Assembly: GCF_036321535.1 (NCBI RefSeq)
Contig: NC_087436.1
Span: 121,212,001 to 121,276,000, forward strand
DNA from: Camelus dromedarius
Taxonomy: Eukaryota
DNA: 64,000 nucleotides
Reading direction: 5' to 3'
Under the pieces are notes generated by a model, which saw nothing but the letters and a program-made list of their open reading frames with translations, searched no databases and was not told the origin of the DNA. Below, in pieces: positions 62,918-64,000 of the stretch. The stretch's first letter is position 1. Each line of letters opens with the position of its first letter. A program made the position numbers and the translations under genes.

Positions 62918-64000
62918 CTTCGTGTCTTCCTTAGTCTTTCTGACGTGTCGGTGGTGACCGAAAATGTTCTGCATCCCGAGCGCCTTCCTGGCCCAGTCCC
63001 TCTTCTGGGTGCTGGGCGGGGGCTGCGCGGGGCTGCCCTCCACCCTGTAGCGGTCGGCCGGAATCTTGCTCATGGGAGGGGGCAGCGTGCCGCAGTTGAT
63101 GCTGGACCACCCGTCCGTGGAGTCCGTGTAAGACTCCTGGTCGCTGGCGTGGCCGCACTGCCACTCCTGCAGCACATGGACTGGGAGCCACCGCTGGCTG
63201 AAACCGCTGCCAGGGCCCCCGGCGCCCCTCTTGGAAGGGGGGACCGAACACCGCAAGGAGGCGGGGGGCACCTCCCCATGAGATGTGGGCCCGAGGTGCT
63301 TCCCAAAGTCCCGGCACCTGTCAGCCTGCGGAGCGGCCTCAAACGGGGGCCCCACTTCAGGGTCGTGGCAGAAGGCCCCATTCCAGGAGGCGCCCCAGGG
63401 CTGGGAGCCCCTGGTGCCCATGCCCTCCCAGGCGCTGCTGCTGGGGCCGTGCCTGCTGGAGCCGGCACCCAGGTCCACCACCAGCACCCGGCTGCTCCTC
63501 TCCTCGTGCTGGAAGTTGCCGATGCCACTGTCGCTGTTGCTGCTGGTGCTGGTGTTCTGGTGGGCGTCCGCGTCCCCATCCACAAAGGCCCGGGCCCGCA
63601 CCCCCTCGATCAGCTCGCCCATGTCCCTGTACAGCACGGAGATGAACTGGAGGACGGGGAGAGAGGACGCGGGGAACTCCAGGCAGCCATTGGTGTCAGG
63701 GTCAGCCGTGCACTCAAACCCGAAGCGCCGGGCGATGCCCTGGTGGATCTTGTGACTGAACAGGTCCGGGTCCACCATGAACACGTGGCAGGATGTCCGC
63801 AGAGCGCCATCCTCCTCCTGCGCCAGGCTCCCATCATCGCCCGTTTGCACAGTCACCAGTCCGAAAAACCTCCGGTCATCCGGGCACACGGCACTGAACG
63901 CCAGCCTCTCGGCCGGGTACCGGGCCAGGACGGCAGCCTTGTCGGTGCAGAGCTGGACACAGTCATGCATGACCTTCATGGTCACCAGAGAATGGATCCT
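62918..64000 (-). CDS. RGS12: RGS12 large N-terminal coding exon (3' part: C-terminal half of the PTB domain plus linker); continues beyond the window end
   Basis: ORF 62888-63985 translates to ...LCTDKAAVLARYPAERLAFSAVCPDDRRFFGLVT...TSCHVFMVDP...SSNSDSGIGNF...DSTDGWSSINCGTLPPPMSKIPADRYRVEGS...RKTKEDTK, recognisable as RGS12. Donor AAG|GTAAGC at 62918/62917, phase 0. Confidence 0.97.

Noticed and set aside
62931..63837. Several long ORFs overlapping the large RGS12 exon in other frames and on the + strand
   Set aside because: Expected shadow ORFs of a high-GC3 coding exon. Low-complexity Pro/Arg/Gly products with no recognisable domain.

Overview
Mammalian genomic DNA, probably camelid, judged from four tRNA-derived SINEs that resemble the camelid vic-1 family. 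The whole window lies inside the RGS12 gene on the minus strand. I reconstructed seven core coding exons with canonical GT-AG sites and matching phases: the 3' part of the large PDZ/PTB exon (62918-64000, runs off the window), 46697-46813, a 22-nt micro-exon (26601-26622) and four RGS-domain-region exons (2563-2732, 2032-2124, 1182-1325, 289-468). The gene continues beyond both ends. There is a well-supported internal first exon (35167-35220) for a PDZ/PTB-less isoform, and further candidate first exons at ~47.0, ~39.9 and ~28.3 kb. RFX X-box-like motifs lie at or near the 39.9, 35.2 and 28.3 kb candidates. The introns are GC-rich and contain L1, L2, MIR, LTR, hAT and SINE remnants. The most interesting unverified signal is a chain of three phase-compatible cryptic exons (39846-39873, 32483-32990, 18447-18487) that would give RGS12 a new 192-aa N-terminus and bypass the micro-exon. 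No prokaryotic-type system (CRISPR, operon) is present. Most listed ORFs are artefacts of high GC content. Repeat subfamily names and exon numbers come from recognition and memory, not from a search.
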